Source: a virus
Lineage: Duplodnaviria > Caudoviricetes
Reading direction: 5' to 3' (one strand)
Virus record (IMG/VR): IMGVR_UViG_3300037067_008519
Location: 58,332-122,331 of that record
DNA: 64,000 bases
Part shown: positions 29,417 through 38,184 of the stretch, piece after piece
How positions within the stretch are numbered: the first letter of the stretch is position 1
Layout: each line of letters starts with the position of its first letter
Notes under the pieces: model-generated
Database searches by the model: none
What the model saw: only the letters and a program-made list of their open reading frames with translations
Told to the model about the DNA's origin: nothing
Position numbers and translations under genes: made by a program

Positions 29417-30539
29417 ACGTGTAAGTTATTCGGCAATAGAAGCTTTATATCAATGTGAGTATAAGTATAATAGGCTATATGGGCCATATCGCTTGAGGCT
29501 AGAAACAGACCCGATGAAAGTTGGCACCATAATGCATGATGCTCTCTGTGATTTTCATTCACAGGACAATATGGAAACGCTAAAGAACCTGTTTCATAAC
29601 AAGTGGATTACTTCAGGGATACTAGATAACACTCTTTATAATGAGGGTTTGAAGATGGTTAAGGCTTATGAAACAAAATTTGCTCCCCGGCAAGGTGAGG
29701 TAGTAGAGAGGGAAGTAAGGTTTGAATTAGATGTTGGCCTTGGTATTCCTGTGGTGGGGGTTATTGACCGAGTAGATTTAATAGATGAATTTATGTTTAA
29801 CTATGAGATTACGGACTATAAAACAGGAAACTATGTAAAGAATCAAGATGAAGTAGATGCCGATATGCAGCTCTCAATTTATGATTGGGCTTTACGCAAG
29901 ATGTGGGATGAGGGATACTTTCCTTTGTTGCCCGAACCGGAGGAAGTAAAACTGAGCCTGCTCTATTTGAAACATGGTAAGTATTCTACTTCTCGCACAG
30001 ACCAAGATCGTAAACTTGTGGAAGATATGCTGCGGGCTACCATTGAATATATATTGAAGTTAGAAGATCCAAAACCTAAACTAAATACTTTCTGCCGTTG
30101 GTGTGTTGTCAAAAGTGATTGCCCTCTTTACCAAGAGCTACTTGATTTTGTTCCTAACTTTGAGAGAGTCCAGAATTTGAGTGATGATGAACTGCTAGAT
30201 ATATATAAAAGACTCACTACTCAAGAAGGCGGCATTAAGGATTTGAAAACTGAGATAAAACAAGAGGCATTTCGTAGGATGGATAAAGCTGAAGTTTCTG
30301 AACTCACCGGCGGCGGCTGGGTAGGCAAACCCCAATCTAAATCTTCTAGGAATTATGATATAAGAGCTATTCGTTCTATTTTCGAACCTATCGGGGTTTT
30401 TGAAGATATTATTAAGGTAGATATTAAGGCTCTTAAAGATATAATTAAAGAACATGAGATAACGGATGAAATGTTAGAGGGTACATTTGTTGTTACTTCA
30501 TCCGATCCTTATCTCTCTATTACTAAAGGAAAGGGATAA
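29406..30539 (+). CDS. PD-(D/E)XK exonuclease (Cas4/AddB-like, Fe-S staple)
   Basis: SYS....QC, GT.MH, G.IDR.D, DYKTG, QL.IY, CRWC.....CP. Confidence 0.85.
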   Translation: MKVERVSYSAIEALYQCEYKYNRLYGPYRLRLETDPMKVGTIMHDALCDFHSQDNMETLKNLFHNKWITSGILDNTLYNEGLKMVKAYETKFAPRQGEVVEREVRFELDVGLGIPVVGVIDRVDLIDEFMFNYEITDYKTGNYVKNQDEVDADMQLSIYDWALRKMWDEGYFPLLPEPEEVKLSLLYLKHGKYSTSRTDQDRKLVEDMLRATIEYILKLEDPKPKLNTFCRWCVVKSDCPLYQELLDFVPNFERVQNLSDDELLDIYKRLTTQEGGIKDLKTEIKQEAFRRMDKAEVSELTGGGWVGKPQSKSSRNYDIRAIRSIFEPIGVFEDIIKVDIKALKDIIKEHEITDEMLEGTFVVTSSDPYLSITKGKG

Positions 30540-30589
30540 TGACTGATTATTACAAAGTGAAACTTCTGATTGATGGGGAAGTGGTGTAG
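30539..30589 (+). pseudogene. 16-codon remnant paralogous to the N-terminus of the next gene
   Basis: MTDYYKVKLLIDGEVV* versus MDSPFNIKLMIDGKII, in the same frame. Confidence 0.6.
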
Positions 30590-30592
30590 ACA

Positions 30593-31057
30593 ATGGATAG
30601 TCCTTTTAATATTAAACTTATGATTGATGGAAAAATTATACAACAAAACATGGAAGAGATTTTAAAAGTAGACGATTCAAATCCTCTTGCTTTGGCGAAT
30701 CAATTGAAAGACAATCCTAATATTCTTTTCTATTGGGGGAGTTTGGGGGAAAGGTGTTCTACAAGATTGCATGATATCGAAATGAAGTTTGATGTTTGGT
30801 ATGCAAACAAAGCAGCAAAAGCGAAAGAACAATTGTTGGAAAGTGGAGAGGTAACTAAGTCTTCTATCACAGGGAGTATTATAAAAAACAAAATCATTCA
30901 AGATAATCAAGAAGAGTGGATTAAATTTAAAGATGAAATAAACCGTTGGTCATATTATGAGGGAATTCTTTCAAAAGCAGAGAAAAGCATTAAAGCAAAA
31001 AATGATGTACTGGTTAATTTATTAAGTTTTCATAAAGAAATGGCAAGAAATGTATGA
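30593..31057 (+). CDS. UvsY-like recombination mediator (helical)
   Basis: 154 aa helical protein with L..QL...P....YW pattern, near recA. Confidence 0.45.
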   Translation: MDSPFNIKLMIDGKIIQQNMEEILKVDDSNPLALANQLKDNPNILFYWGSLGERCSTRLHDIEMKFDVWYANKAAKAKEQLLESGEVTKSSITGSIIKNKIIQDNQEEWIKFKDEINRWSYYEGILSKAEKSIKAKNDVLVNLLSFHKEMARNV

Positions 31058-31818
31058 AAGAAATAGCCTTAACCCAGGATAAAAATACTATTGTAGATGA
31101 TGAATGCTTTGAATGGTTAAATCAATGGAAATGGTGTGCTAAACGAGATAGAAATACTTTTTATGCCGCTAGACATGAAACTAAAGAAGAGTATCTTGTC
31201 GATGGAAGAAATTCCAAACAAAGAAAAACCATCTTGATGCATCGAGCTATTATAGAAAGAAAATTAGGAAGAAAATTAGAATATAAAGAAGAGATTGACC
31301 ATGAAGATCATAATGGTTTAAATAACCAAGAAAATAATTTAAGGATTTGTACTAAACAAGAAAATCAGTTTAATCAAAAATCAAAGAGGGGCGTTTCTGA
31401 ATATAAAGGTGTACATCTTGACAAAGAAACAGGAAAATGGGTAGCAAAAATAACCATCAATGGAAAAAATAAACATTTAGGGTTGTTCGATGATGAAACT
31501 CTTGCCGCAGTTGCCTATAACAAAGCAGCCGTAGAATACTTTGGTGAGTTTGCTTATTTGAATGAGGGGCCAGAACTTGACAAATATACTTTTGAAGATA
31601 TTGATAAACTTAGGTATAAAGGAAATGGGAGTTCAAAGTATAAAGGCGTTAGCTGGAAGGAATCCAATCATAAATGGAGAGCCTTTATTTATATTAATGG
31701 GAAGCATGTTCATTTAGGGTACTTTACAAAAGAAGAGGATGCGGCCCTAGCCTATAATAGTTATGTTTTAGAAAAAGGATTAAATAAGAAATTAAATATT
31801 ATAGAAGGAGGACTATAA
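31054..31818 (+). CDS. HNH endonuclease with two AP2 domains
   Basis: LTQ..IVDD..EWL.QWKW, MHR, DH.DHNGLNN..NL, two YKGV.W/H...W.A.I.ING...LG.F AP2 units. Confidence 0.9.
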   Translation: MKEIALTQDKNTIVDDECFEWLNQWKWCAKRDRNTFYAARHETKEEYLVDGRNSKQRKTILMHRAIIERKLGRKLEYKEEIDHEDHNGLNNQENNLRICTKQENQFNQKSKRGVSEYKGVHLDKETGKWVAKITINGKNKHLGLFDDETLAAVAYNKAAVEYFGEFAYLNEGPELDKYTFEDIDKLRYKGNGSSKYKGVSWKESNHKWRAFIYINGKHVHLGYFTKEEDAALAYNSYVLEKGLNKKLNIIEGGL

Positions 31819-32847
31819 TTGGCTAAAAAGAAAAAGGAAGAAACCAAGGAAGATTTTCTTGATGGGTTAGAGCCTGAGATAAGCCTAGCTATCAAAGAAA
31901 TTAATAAGAAATATGGTGATGGTTCTATACAGATAGGAACTGATGTTGTTAAGAATGTAGAAGTTATACCTACTTCTAGTTTAGCTCTAGATGAGGCTCT
32001 TGGTGTAGGGGGTATTCCAAAAGGATCTATCGTAGAAATTTATGGTAGCCCCGGCGTAGGCAAGACAACCCTTGCTCTAGAGATTTTGATAGAAGCTCAG
32101 AAAACAGGTGAATGGATTGGTATAGTTGATATGGAAAATTCTCTTTATCTGGACTATGCCGATAGGTTAGGACTCAATCGAGAAAAAATAATGTTTGCCC
32201 AGCCAGGGTCAGCAGAGGAAGCTCTGGATGATGTAGATGTTATGATAAAAACAGAAAAAGTTAAGATGATAATGATTGATTCAGTAGCCGCTTTGGTTCC
32301 TCTGGCAGAGCTAGAAGGGAAGGTTGAAGATCAGCACATTGGTAGACAAGCTAGATTAATGAGTCAGTTCCTTAGAAGGATTTCTCCTATAGTAAACAAG
32401 ACAGGTTGCACAGTTATTTTTATTAATCAGACTAGGCAGAAGATTGGAATGTACGGTGGAGGAACGACAACCCCCGGCGGGAATGCCCTTAAATTCCATT
32501 CACAGATTAGGATAGAGATTAGTCCTATAGAACAGATTAAAGATACGCAAGGCGTACAGATAGGGACTTTAATCAAGGCTAGGATAGTGAAGAACAAATT
32601 TGCGCCGCCTTATAGGGTAGCTCAGTTTGAATTAATATTTGGAGAAGGTATAGATCAGACTAGAGAAGTTCTTGAGTTAGCTATCTTAGATGGTTGTATT
32701 AATAAAAATGGGGCTTGTTATTATTACTTAGGTGAGCTGGTAGCAAGGGGTAGAGAATCTATGCGAGGATATCTTAATGATAATCCTGATATACTGGCTG
32801 AAATCAAAGAGAAAGTTTTGGGGGATAGTGAAAATATCTCTAATTGA
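31819..32847 (+). CDS. recA: recombinase RecA
   Basis: LD.ALG.GG.PKG.IVEIYG..GVGKTT, IDSVAAL, ARLMSQ, FINQ.R, GG.ALKF, KNK. Confidence 0.96.
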   Translation: MAKKKKEETKEDFLDGLEPEISLAIKEINKKYGDGSIQIGTDVVKNVEVIPTSSLALDEALGVGGIPKGSIVEIYGSPGVGKTTLALEILIEAQKTGEWIGIVDMENSLYLDYADRLGLNREKIMFAQPGSAEEALDDVDVMIKTEKVKMIMIDSVAALVPLAELEGKVEDQHIGRQARLMSQFLRRISPIVNKTGCTVIFINQTRQKIGMYGGGTTTPGGNALKFHSQIRIEISPIEQIKDTQGVQIGTLIKARIVKNKFAPPYRVAQFELIFGEGIDQTREVLELAILDGCINKNGACYYYLGELVARGRESMRGYLNDNPDILAEIKEKVLGDSENISN

Positions 32848-33728
32848 CGTAGACAGTAAAATACCAAATCTTCCTTTGATGAAATTATCTACATGGCATA
32901 AAGCACAAGGGGATGAAGTAGATATCTATAGCCCTGTTTGGAGCAAACCAGATAAGGTTTATGTTAGCAAAGTATTTAACTATACTTCTGATTTCAATTA
33001 TTTTCCTGATGGTGTGGAAATTGTTAAAGGAGGAAGCGGATACGATTTAAAATCTGAATTACCCGATGAAATAGAAAATGCATATCCCGATTATCAAATA
33101 TTTGATTGTGACTATGCTATGGGATTCACAACTAGGGGTTGTATCAGAAATTGCCCATTCTGTATCGTAAGGAGAAAAGAAGGAAAGATAAAATCTGTTG
33201 CTGATATTTATAATTTCTGGGGGGGGGCAGCAAAGAATACGTTTATTAGATAATAACCTTAATGCTCTTCCAAATCATTTTGAAATAGTAGTTAAGCAAT
33301 TAATAAAAGAAAAGTTAAAAGTTGATTTTAGTCAAGGATTAGATATTAGATTAATAACATTAGAAATGGCACAGCTTCTTGCACAGGTTAAATTGTGGAA
33401 ATCTATTCATTTTGCATGGGACAATATAAAAGATGAAAAAGAAATTAGAGAAGGTATTAAAATTCTAGAAAGAGGAGGAGTCAAACTTTATAATTGTATG
33501 TTTTATGTCTTAGTGGGATTTAATTCTACTGAAGAAGAAGACCTTTATAGGATTAACACTTTGTGGAAAGATTTAGGGGTTTACCCATTTGTGATGCCTT
33601 TTAATAAAAAAGATAGATACCAAAAAGATTTAGCAAGATGGGTTAATCATAAAGCTATTTTTAAAACTGTAGAATGGAAAGATTATAGGAGGAGTAGGAA
33701 TGTTTATTTATCTAATTCTACCTGTTAG
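32828..33728 (+). CDS. radical SAM protein, split by a +1 frameshift at G9
   Basis: KISLIDVD..IPNLPLMKLS, GGSGY, TRGCIRNCPFC in frame 1; LLDNN, QGLD.RL, FAWD, YVLVGF, ARWVN in frame 2. They join as FWGGQQRIRLLDNN if the tract is G8. Confidence 0.85.
33219..33227 (+). repeat. poly-G tract (G9) at frameshift
   Basis: TTCT-G9-CAGCA. Confidence 0.9.
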
Positions 33729-34062
33729 AAATGTGGAAGAAAAATTTTCAAAGGCTATGGATGGCTATGTTGGAGAATTAGAAAGTAAAGGAAATGTTGT
33801 GCATTATCCACCAAGAGACACTAACCAAGAAGATATTACAGGATATAATATATGTTGGGATCATTTTGAAGCTATGGAAAGTTGTGATGAGGTTCATGTA
33901 GCGTGGGACGGTAAAAGTCAAGGGTGTTTGTTTGATTTAGGTATGGCTTTTGCGTTGAATAAGAAAGTGATAGTGATTGAGGGATACTTTCCTGAAGCTA
34001 CAGAAGGTAAAAGTTATCAATCTATGGTTAGGGAATGGCAAAGGAGATATGTTAGTGAGTAG
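33700..34062 (+). CDS. nucleoside 2-deoxyribosyltransferase/N-glycosidase family protein
   Basis: IYLI.P, V..P.RD, CD.V...D..S.G..FDLGMAFAL.K. Confidence 0.75.
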   Translation: MFIYLILPVRNVEEKFSKAMDGYVGELESKGNVVHYPPRDTNQEDITGYNICWDHFEAMESCDEVHVAWDGKSQGCLFDLGMAFALNKKVIVIEGYFPEATEGKSYQSMVREWQRRYVSE

Positions 34063-34426
34063 AGATTTAGAAAGTTGGAGGGAAGCAAATAATACTATCT
34101 GTCTAGATTTTGATGGTGTTATACACAAATACAGTCAAGGTTGGCAGGGTGGAAATCTTTATGATGAGCCTATTGATGGGGCAATAGAATCTATTTGTGA
34201 ACTTTGTCAAGCTGGTTATAAATTAGTTATTCTTACTGCTCGTTGTGAAAAGCATAATGAAATACTTGATTGGTTTAAAGATGAAGCAGCAAAAAGAGGT
34301 CTTTGCAATTGTCGCAAAGTAAATTGTCCTGAAGTTACTAATATTAAACCCCCCGCTCGGGTTTACATAGATGATCGTGGAATAAGATTTACAAATTGGA
34401 ATGACATACTTTCATATTTTTTATAA
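34055..34426 (+). CDS. HAD-family phosphatase/nucleotidase
   Basis: ICLDFDGVIH, ILTAR, KP...YIDDRG. Confidence 0.8.
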   Translation: MSRDLESWREANNTICLDFDGVIHKYSQGWQGGNLYDEPIDGAIESICELCQAGYKLVILTARCEKHNEILDWFKDEAAKRGLCNCRKVNCPEVTNIKPPARVYIDDRGIRFTNWNDILSYFL

Positions 34427-34435
34427 GGAGGAAAA

Positions 34436-34912
34436 ATGGCAAAGAAAAGTAAATTGGAAGAGAAGGTTGAGAAGGCTATTAAAGAGGCATTTCCCAATCG
34501 ACCTTTAAAATCACAACAGACCATTAAGAAAGGAGATAAGACTTTTAAGGTTGATTTTGTTCTTTGCGGCGGGCCTTTGGATGTAGCTTTTGAGGTTCAT
34601 GGTCAGCAGCATTTTGAATACACTCCATTCTTTCATGGTGACCAAGCTGGTTGGATGGAGCAGGTACGGCGGGATGAAGATAAATATGAAGCTCTTTTAG
34701 AAGTAGGTGTTCCTTATATAGAAATTTTCTATAACGATACTCTCAACAAGGAAATTCTTCACAGGAAAGTTAGTGCTGCTCTAGATTTGGTACAGAGGAC
34801 TCAAAAACCTTTCGGGAAAAATGAGACATACTATCAAATCCTAGAATCAGTAAAGAATAAAAGACAAGCATATTATTTGCAAGCAATAAGTGAAGGAAAG
34901 CAAAGGAAATAG
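34436..34912 (+). CDS. Vsr/DUF559-like endonuclease
   Basis: VDF...AFEVHG.QHF...FFH....RD..K. Confidence 0.7.
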   Translation: MAKKSKLEEKVEKAIKEAFPNRPLKSQQTIKKGDKTFKVDFVLCGGPLDVAFEVHGQQHFEYTPFFHGDQAGWMEQVRRDEDKYEALLEVGVPYIEIFYNDTLNKEILHRKVSAALDLVQRTQKPFGKNETYYQILESVKNKRQAYYLQAISEGKQRK

Positions 34913-34915
34913 TTT

Positions 34916-35797
34916 ATGATTATAAATGAATTTACAATATATTACGACAACATAGATGAAAATTTTGTATTTGTACCTTTCGGAGATTTCCATCTAGGTT
35001 GTGTAGATTTCGACCGCATTAAGTGGGAGGAAACTGTTGATTTCATGGTTAATTCACCTAATTGTTACACAATGATAATGGGGGATGAGGGCGATTTCGT
35101 ACTCTACACTGACCAAAGGTACGATCCTAAATGTGTAGAAAAAAAATATCGTGAAGGGCAAGCTTTTGCTGATCCCGTAGGTTGTCAATATCAAGAAATT
35201 AAAGATGCTCTAATGCCGATGAAGGGGCGTATTCTTGGAGTACATGAAGGAAACCATGAGCATACTATCAGGCGAGATTATCTTAGAGACATTACTCTAG
35301 ACTTAGCTAGGGAATGGGAAGCAAAACCACTCTCTTTTACTGCTATGACTAGGCTGACCTTCGCACAGAAACGCAAGAATCCCCGCCAGGATAGGAATGA
35401 AAAAGTAGAAAAGAGCATTAAATATAATATTTATTCTACTCATGGTTCTGGTACTTCTACTACAACAGGTTCTAAAATAAATAGAATAGAAAAGTTGACT
35501 AAATCATTTGATGCTGATATATATCTTTATGCACATACACATTTGAAACTGATTACAGATAGTCAGAGAAAGTTAGGTCTTTCTAAAACAGGAAATTGCA
35601 AGCTAGTAGATTCTAATAAAATATTTGCTCTGACAGGTGGATATTTAAAACAGGGACAGGACCATGATAGTCATTATTCGGAGAGAAAAGGGTATGAACC
35701 GCTTCAGACAGGAAGCCCCGCCTTGTTATTCTTTCCGGGTAAGCAAAGAGTAGAATTAATAAACGATGTGTTAGATTTGAAAAATAGGAGGTTTTAA
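34916..35797 (+). CDS. metallophosphoesterase (calcineurin-like)
   Basis: GDFHLG, GD..D, GNHE, THG, AHTH. Confidence 0.85.
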   Translation: MIINEFTIYYDNIDENFVFVPFGDFHLGCVDFDRIKWEETVDFMVNSPNCYTMIMGDEGDFVLYTDQRYDPKCVEKKYREGQAFADPVGCQYQEIKDALMPMKGRILGVHEGNHEHTIRRDYLRDITLDLAREWEAKPLSFTAMTRLTFAQKRKNPRQDRNEKVEKSIKYNIYSTHGSGTSTTTGSKINRIEKLTKSFDADIYLYAHTHLKLITDSQRKLGLSKTGNCKLVDSNKIFALTGGYLKQGQDHDSHYSERKGYEPLQTGSPALLFFPGKQRVELINDVLDLKNRRF

Positions 35798-36027
35798 AGT
35801 GGAACTAGGAACTATGAAATGTAAAGATTGTATATTAGCTTGGAATTGTTTAATGAATGACCCATTTGATCCTTATGGTGTGGCAGATGATTACGGGTGT
35901 GATATGGATGCGGAGGAAGGTTGATGGATTGGTTTAAGGATAAAACCTTTCGTGCTTTCAGGCGCTCTGAGTGTGGAAATTGTTTAAATTGTTATAATTT
36001 AATTATGGGAGAAAGAAGGAGGATTAA

Positions 36028-36348
36028 ATGAATATTTATAGCCTGATGAGGAAGCATCGAACGGCGCAGGAGGTATTGGTAAAGGCTTCAATTAAATTTA
36101 AATTCAAAGTTATAGATGAGGTTATTGGTAATAAGATACCTTCTAAAGCTAATTTTATTTTAGTGGATAAAGATATCGATTCTAATATTATAGCTTTTAT
36201 TCAATTAGATTATATTGAAGACCACGCAGACATACTTTTGTTTGCCCCTCATTTTAGTGAGGCTATAGAGTCCATCGGGGTTGAATTGAAAGGATATGAT
36301 TTTAGGTTTGGTGAAAAATATCCTAAAGCAGAAGTAGAGTTTCTTTAA
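36028..36348 (+). CDS. hypothetical protein
   Basis: SD AGGAGG. Confidence 0.55.
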   Translation: MNIYSLMRKHRTAQEVLVKASIKFKFKVIDEVIGNKIPSKANFILVDKDIDSNIIAFIQLDYIEDHADILLFAPHFSEAIESIGVELKGYDFRFGEKYPKAEVEFL

Positions 36349-36357
36349 GGAGGAATA

Positions 36358-37047
36358 ATGGGAGTAATAGGAAATTACGATCCTGATACTTTTTGTAAAG
36401 ACGTTTTAGACAATCAGGAAAGAATAAAAAAAGAGCAGAAAGACACCATTAATAAACAAAAGAAACGTGACCTTTATTATCTTAGTATTGCTGAGGCTGT
36501 GGGCAGGAGATCTAAATGTTTGAGTCGTAAAATTGGCGCGGTACTGGTTAAAGATGATATGATTATTGCTACAGGATTCAATGGACCCCCTCAGGGAATT
36601 CCCCACTGTGATTCAGAAAATGCTTATTTTAGGGTTTATGAAAATGATAATTATGAATATTACAGCTTTGAAAGTAATTTGCTATTGTCAGAAACTCAAG
36701 GTGGTGGAAGGGAAAAAGAAAGACTCTATGGGGATTGCCCCCGCAAGCTGGCAGGGTATGGGTCTGGTAAAGGATTAGAAGTATGCCCTGCTGTCCATGC
36801 AGAGAGAAACGCGATACTTACTGCTGCTGCTAATGGGGTATCTACGAAAGGTACTACTCTTTATTGTTTCTGTCCTTATCCCTGCGCCGATTGTTGTAAA
36901 GAAATAATCAATGCCGGTATTAAAAAGATAGTTTGTTTAGAAGGAGATTACTACGATACAATGTCGGAATGGTTACTTGAAAAAAGTAATATTGAAGTAA
37001 TAACTTATTCTATAGAAGAGATTTCGGAATGGCTGGAGAAGAATTGA
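36358..37047 (+). CDS. dCMP deaminase
   Basis: RS.C..R.IGAVLV, TGFNG.P, HAE.NAI, PC..C.K.IINAGI. Confidence 0.92.
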   Translation: MGVIGNYDPDTFCKDVLDNQERIKKEQKDTINKQKKRDLYYLSIAEAVGRRSKCLSRKIGAVLVKDDMIIATGFNGPPQGIPHCDSENAYFRVYENDNYEYYSFESNLLLSETQGGGREKERLYGDCPRKLAGYGSGKGLEVCPAVHAERNAILTAAANGVSTKGTTLYCFCPYPCADCCKEIINAGIKKIVCLEGDYYDTMSEWLLEKSNIEVITYSIEEISEWLEKN

Positions 37048-38174
37048 ACCAAATAATTCAAGGTAATTGTTTAGAAAAACTTAAAGAATTAGAAGACAGC
37101 TCTTTTGATTTAATGGTTACTGACCCTCCTTATGGTGTGTCTTTTATGGGTAAATCTTGGGATAAAGCTGTTCCTTCAGTAGACATTTGGAAAGAATGTC
37201 TAAGGGTTTTGAAGCCAGGAGCTTTTGCTTTTATCTGTTGTATCCCCCGCCAAGATTGCCTTTCAAGAATGATAATAAACTTAAATGATGCCAAATTCAG
37301 AACAGATTTCACTAGTATTTATTGGACTTATGCAACAGGTTTCCCCAAAGGCATGAATATAGGAAAGAAAGAAGAATCTTTGAAAGGGGCTTATGGAGGG
37401 TTTCAACCTAAACCAGCCGTGGAGATAATCATAGTTGTAATGAAACCCCTCTCAAAAAAAACATATATTGACCAAGCATTAGAAAATAACAAAGGAGTTA
37501 CTTGGTTAGATGATTGCAGAATTCCTTATAAAATAAGATTTACGGGAGAAATATTGCCGCCCGAAAACGGGTGGAATGAAAATGAAGTTCGGCGTACAGA
37601 TTTTAACCAATCACAAGGACGTTTCCCCGCTAACCTTTTAGTATCAGATGATATTCTTAATGATGGAAAGATTACTAAATCAAGTGGAGGGCAATCCAAT
37701 AACCAGTTTAGAGAAATACATAATATTTATGGAAATGGAATAGAAAATAAGCAAAAAGTTAATCCAGGTTTGGGGGATAGTGGCTCATTCTCTCGTTACT
37801 TTGATTTAGATGCATGGTGGGATACTTTTCCATTTGCTGTTGTTCCTAAAGCATCGAAGTCAGAAAGAAATAAAGGTTGTGAAAAATTAGAAGAAAAAAA
37901 TTCTAAATTATTAAACAACCACCCAACAGTTAAGCCTATAAAACTTATATCTTATCTAATTACATTAGGTAGCAGAGAAAATGATATTGTACTTGATCCT
38001 TTTTGTGGTAGTGGTACTACTTGTGTGGCTGCTGATTTATTGAATAGAAAGTATATTGGAATTGAACTTGAGCAAGAGTATGTTACAATATCAGAGGCAA
38101 GGATAGAAGGATGGGGTAAACCAGGAATACCAAAAAAGGAAAAAGAAGATACAGAACAACAATATTTATTTTAA
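37029..38174 (+). CDS. DNA N6-adenine/N4-cytosine methyltransferase (beta class)
   Basis: TDPPY, HPTVKP, LDPFCGSGTT; ends in QQYLF. Confidence 0.93.
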   Translation: MAGEELNQIIQGNCLEKLKELEDSSFDLMVTDPPYGVSFMGKSWDKAVPSVDIWKECLRVLKPGAFAFICCIPRQDCLSRMIINLNDAKFRTDFTSIYWTYATGFPKGMNIGKKEESLKGAYGGFQPKPAVEIIIVVMKPLSKKTYIDQALENNKGVTWLDDCRIPYKIRFTGEILPPENGWNENEVRRTDFNQSQGRFPANLLVSDDILNDGKITKSSGGQSNNQFREIHNIYGNGIENKQKVNPGLGDSGSFSRYFDLDAWWDTFPFAVVPKASKSERNKGCEKLEEKNSKLLNNHPTVKPIKLISYLITLGSRENDIVLDPFCGSGTTCVAADLLNRKYIGIELEQEYVTISEARIEGWGKPGIPKKEKEDTEQQYLF

Positions 38175-38184
38175 AGGAAAAGGA

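Noticed and set aside
29406-30539. Cas4-like nuclease as a sign of CRISPR-Cas
   Set aside because: No repeat-spacer array or other cas genes were seen; the context is recombination genes.
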